A DNA stretch of 64,000 nucleotides from Malacoraja senta (Eukaryota): assembly GCA_038087875.1 (NCBI GenBank), contig CM076000.1, positions 2,232,001 through 2,296,000 of the forward strand, given 5' to 3'. Made by a program: the position numbers and the translations under genes. Shown here in pieces: positions 63,216 to 64,000 of the stretch. Numbering within the stretch: position 1 is the stretch's first letter; each line of letters starts with the position of its first letter. Below the pieces are notes generated by a model that worked only from the letters and a program-made list of their open reading frames with translations, made no database searches and was not told the DNA's origin.

Positions 63216-63565
63216 AACTCCCGAGTCAGCCTCTTCTTACCAGAGACCGCGGGCTTCACGATGTTAAAGTCCACAGGCCACGCTGTTGAAACTTTGATCA
63301 CAAGCTCCGCGATGTTAAAGTCCCGTAGACTCTGGCAGCTTGGAGCACCCGTTGGTCTCCAGGAAAGGCTGCCAACTCCACGATGTTAGGCCGCAGTGGG
63401 GACAGGGATACGATACGAAAAAAATCGCATATCCGTCGAGGTAATAGGTTGAAAACAAAGTTTCCCCAACCCACCCCCCATATAAAACAAACCACATAAT
63501 TAACACATACTAAAAATAACAAAAAAGAAGGAAGGACAGACAGACTGTTGGCAAGGCAGTCACTC
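63215..63565 (-). mobile_element. 5' part of the GC-rich non-autonomous retroposon
   Basis: Reverse complement aligns by eye to 34865-35075 (CTGCC.TGCCA.CAG..GCGGCCTAACA..GGA.T(T)GG). Confidence 0.65.
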
Positions 63566-64000
63566 TAGCACTTTGTGTTTTGCTCCAGATTCCAGCATCT
63601 GCAGACTCTGAAGAAGGGTTCCGACCCAAAACGTCACCCCTCTAATTTCTCCAGAGATGCTGCCTGACCCGCTAAGTCACTCCAGCGTTTTGTGTCTATC
63701 TTAAGAGTGAAATATTGTTTGTCTCTGCAGGTGGTGTGCACTTTGCAACTCTATAACTAAATTCAGCATGGGTGTTGGTGTATCTGGGGTCTCCACCATC
63801 ACGGCCAACGTTAGCATTGCCTGAGCACAGCTAGCGGGTTCTTTCCTAGCAGTTGCACAGGCAGGGTCGGTCGAGAGATACAACCAGAGGCATCGCTCTG
63901 TACGCAACATACAAGTCACAGGATTCACTCCCTTGATACCTGCAAAGGTTCAAACAGCTCAAGATGTTGTATCAGGTGAGCCGGACATGTTCAGCTTGGT

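Overview
Repeat-dominated vertebrate genomic DNA, inferred from its repeat content to be from a cartilaginous fish (shark/skate/ray): HE1/V-SINE-like tRNA SINEs, CR1 LINEs, Rex1/Babar fragments and Penelope-like elements. I cannot identify any host protein-coding gene with confidence; the window looks intronic or intergenic. Main structures: (1) a decayed Ty3/Gypsy element on the minus strand (55811-63007) interrupted by a near-full-length CR1 LINE and a 571-bp solo LTR with a 5-bp target-site duplication (TSD); (2) a second near-full-length CR1 (47721-51297) nested in a non-autonomous Helitron; (3) another complete non-autonomous Helitron (18778-19731); (4) a PIF/Harbinger MITE and two Tc1/mariner-type MITEs; (5) many short Penelope-derived, often palindromic inserts with mostly 10-16 bp TSDs that carry a minimal hammerhead-ribozyme-like core; (6) a GC-rich, tandem-repeat-containing non-autonomous retroposon family with Rex1-like 3' ends. 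Short unique stretches between repeats contain candidate enhancers and weak candidate exons. There is a 200-N assembly gap at 55611-55810. Family names come from motif recognition, not database searches, and boundaries without a stated TSD are approximate.
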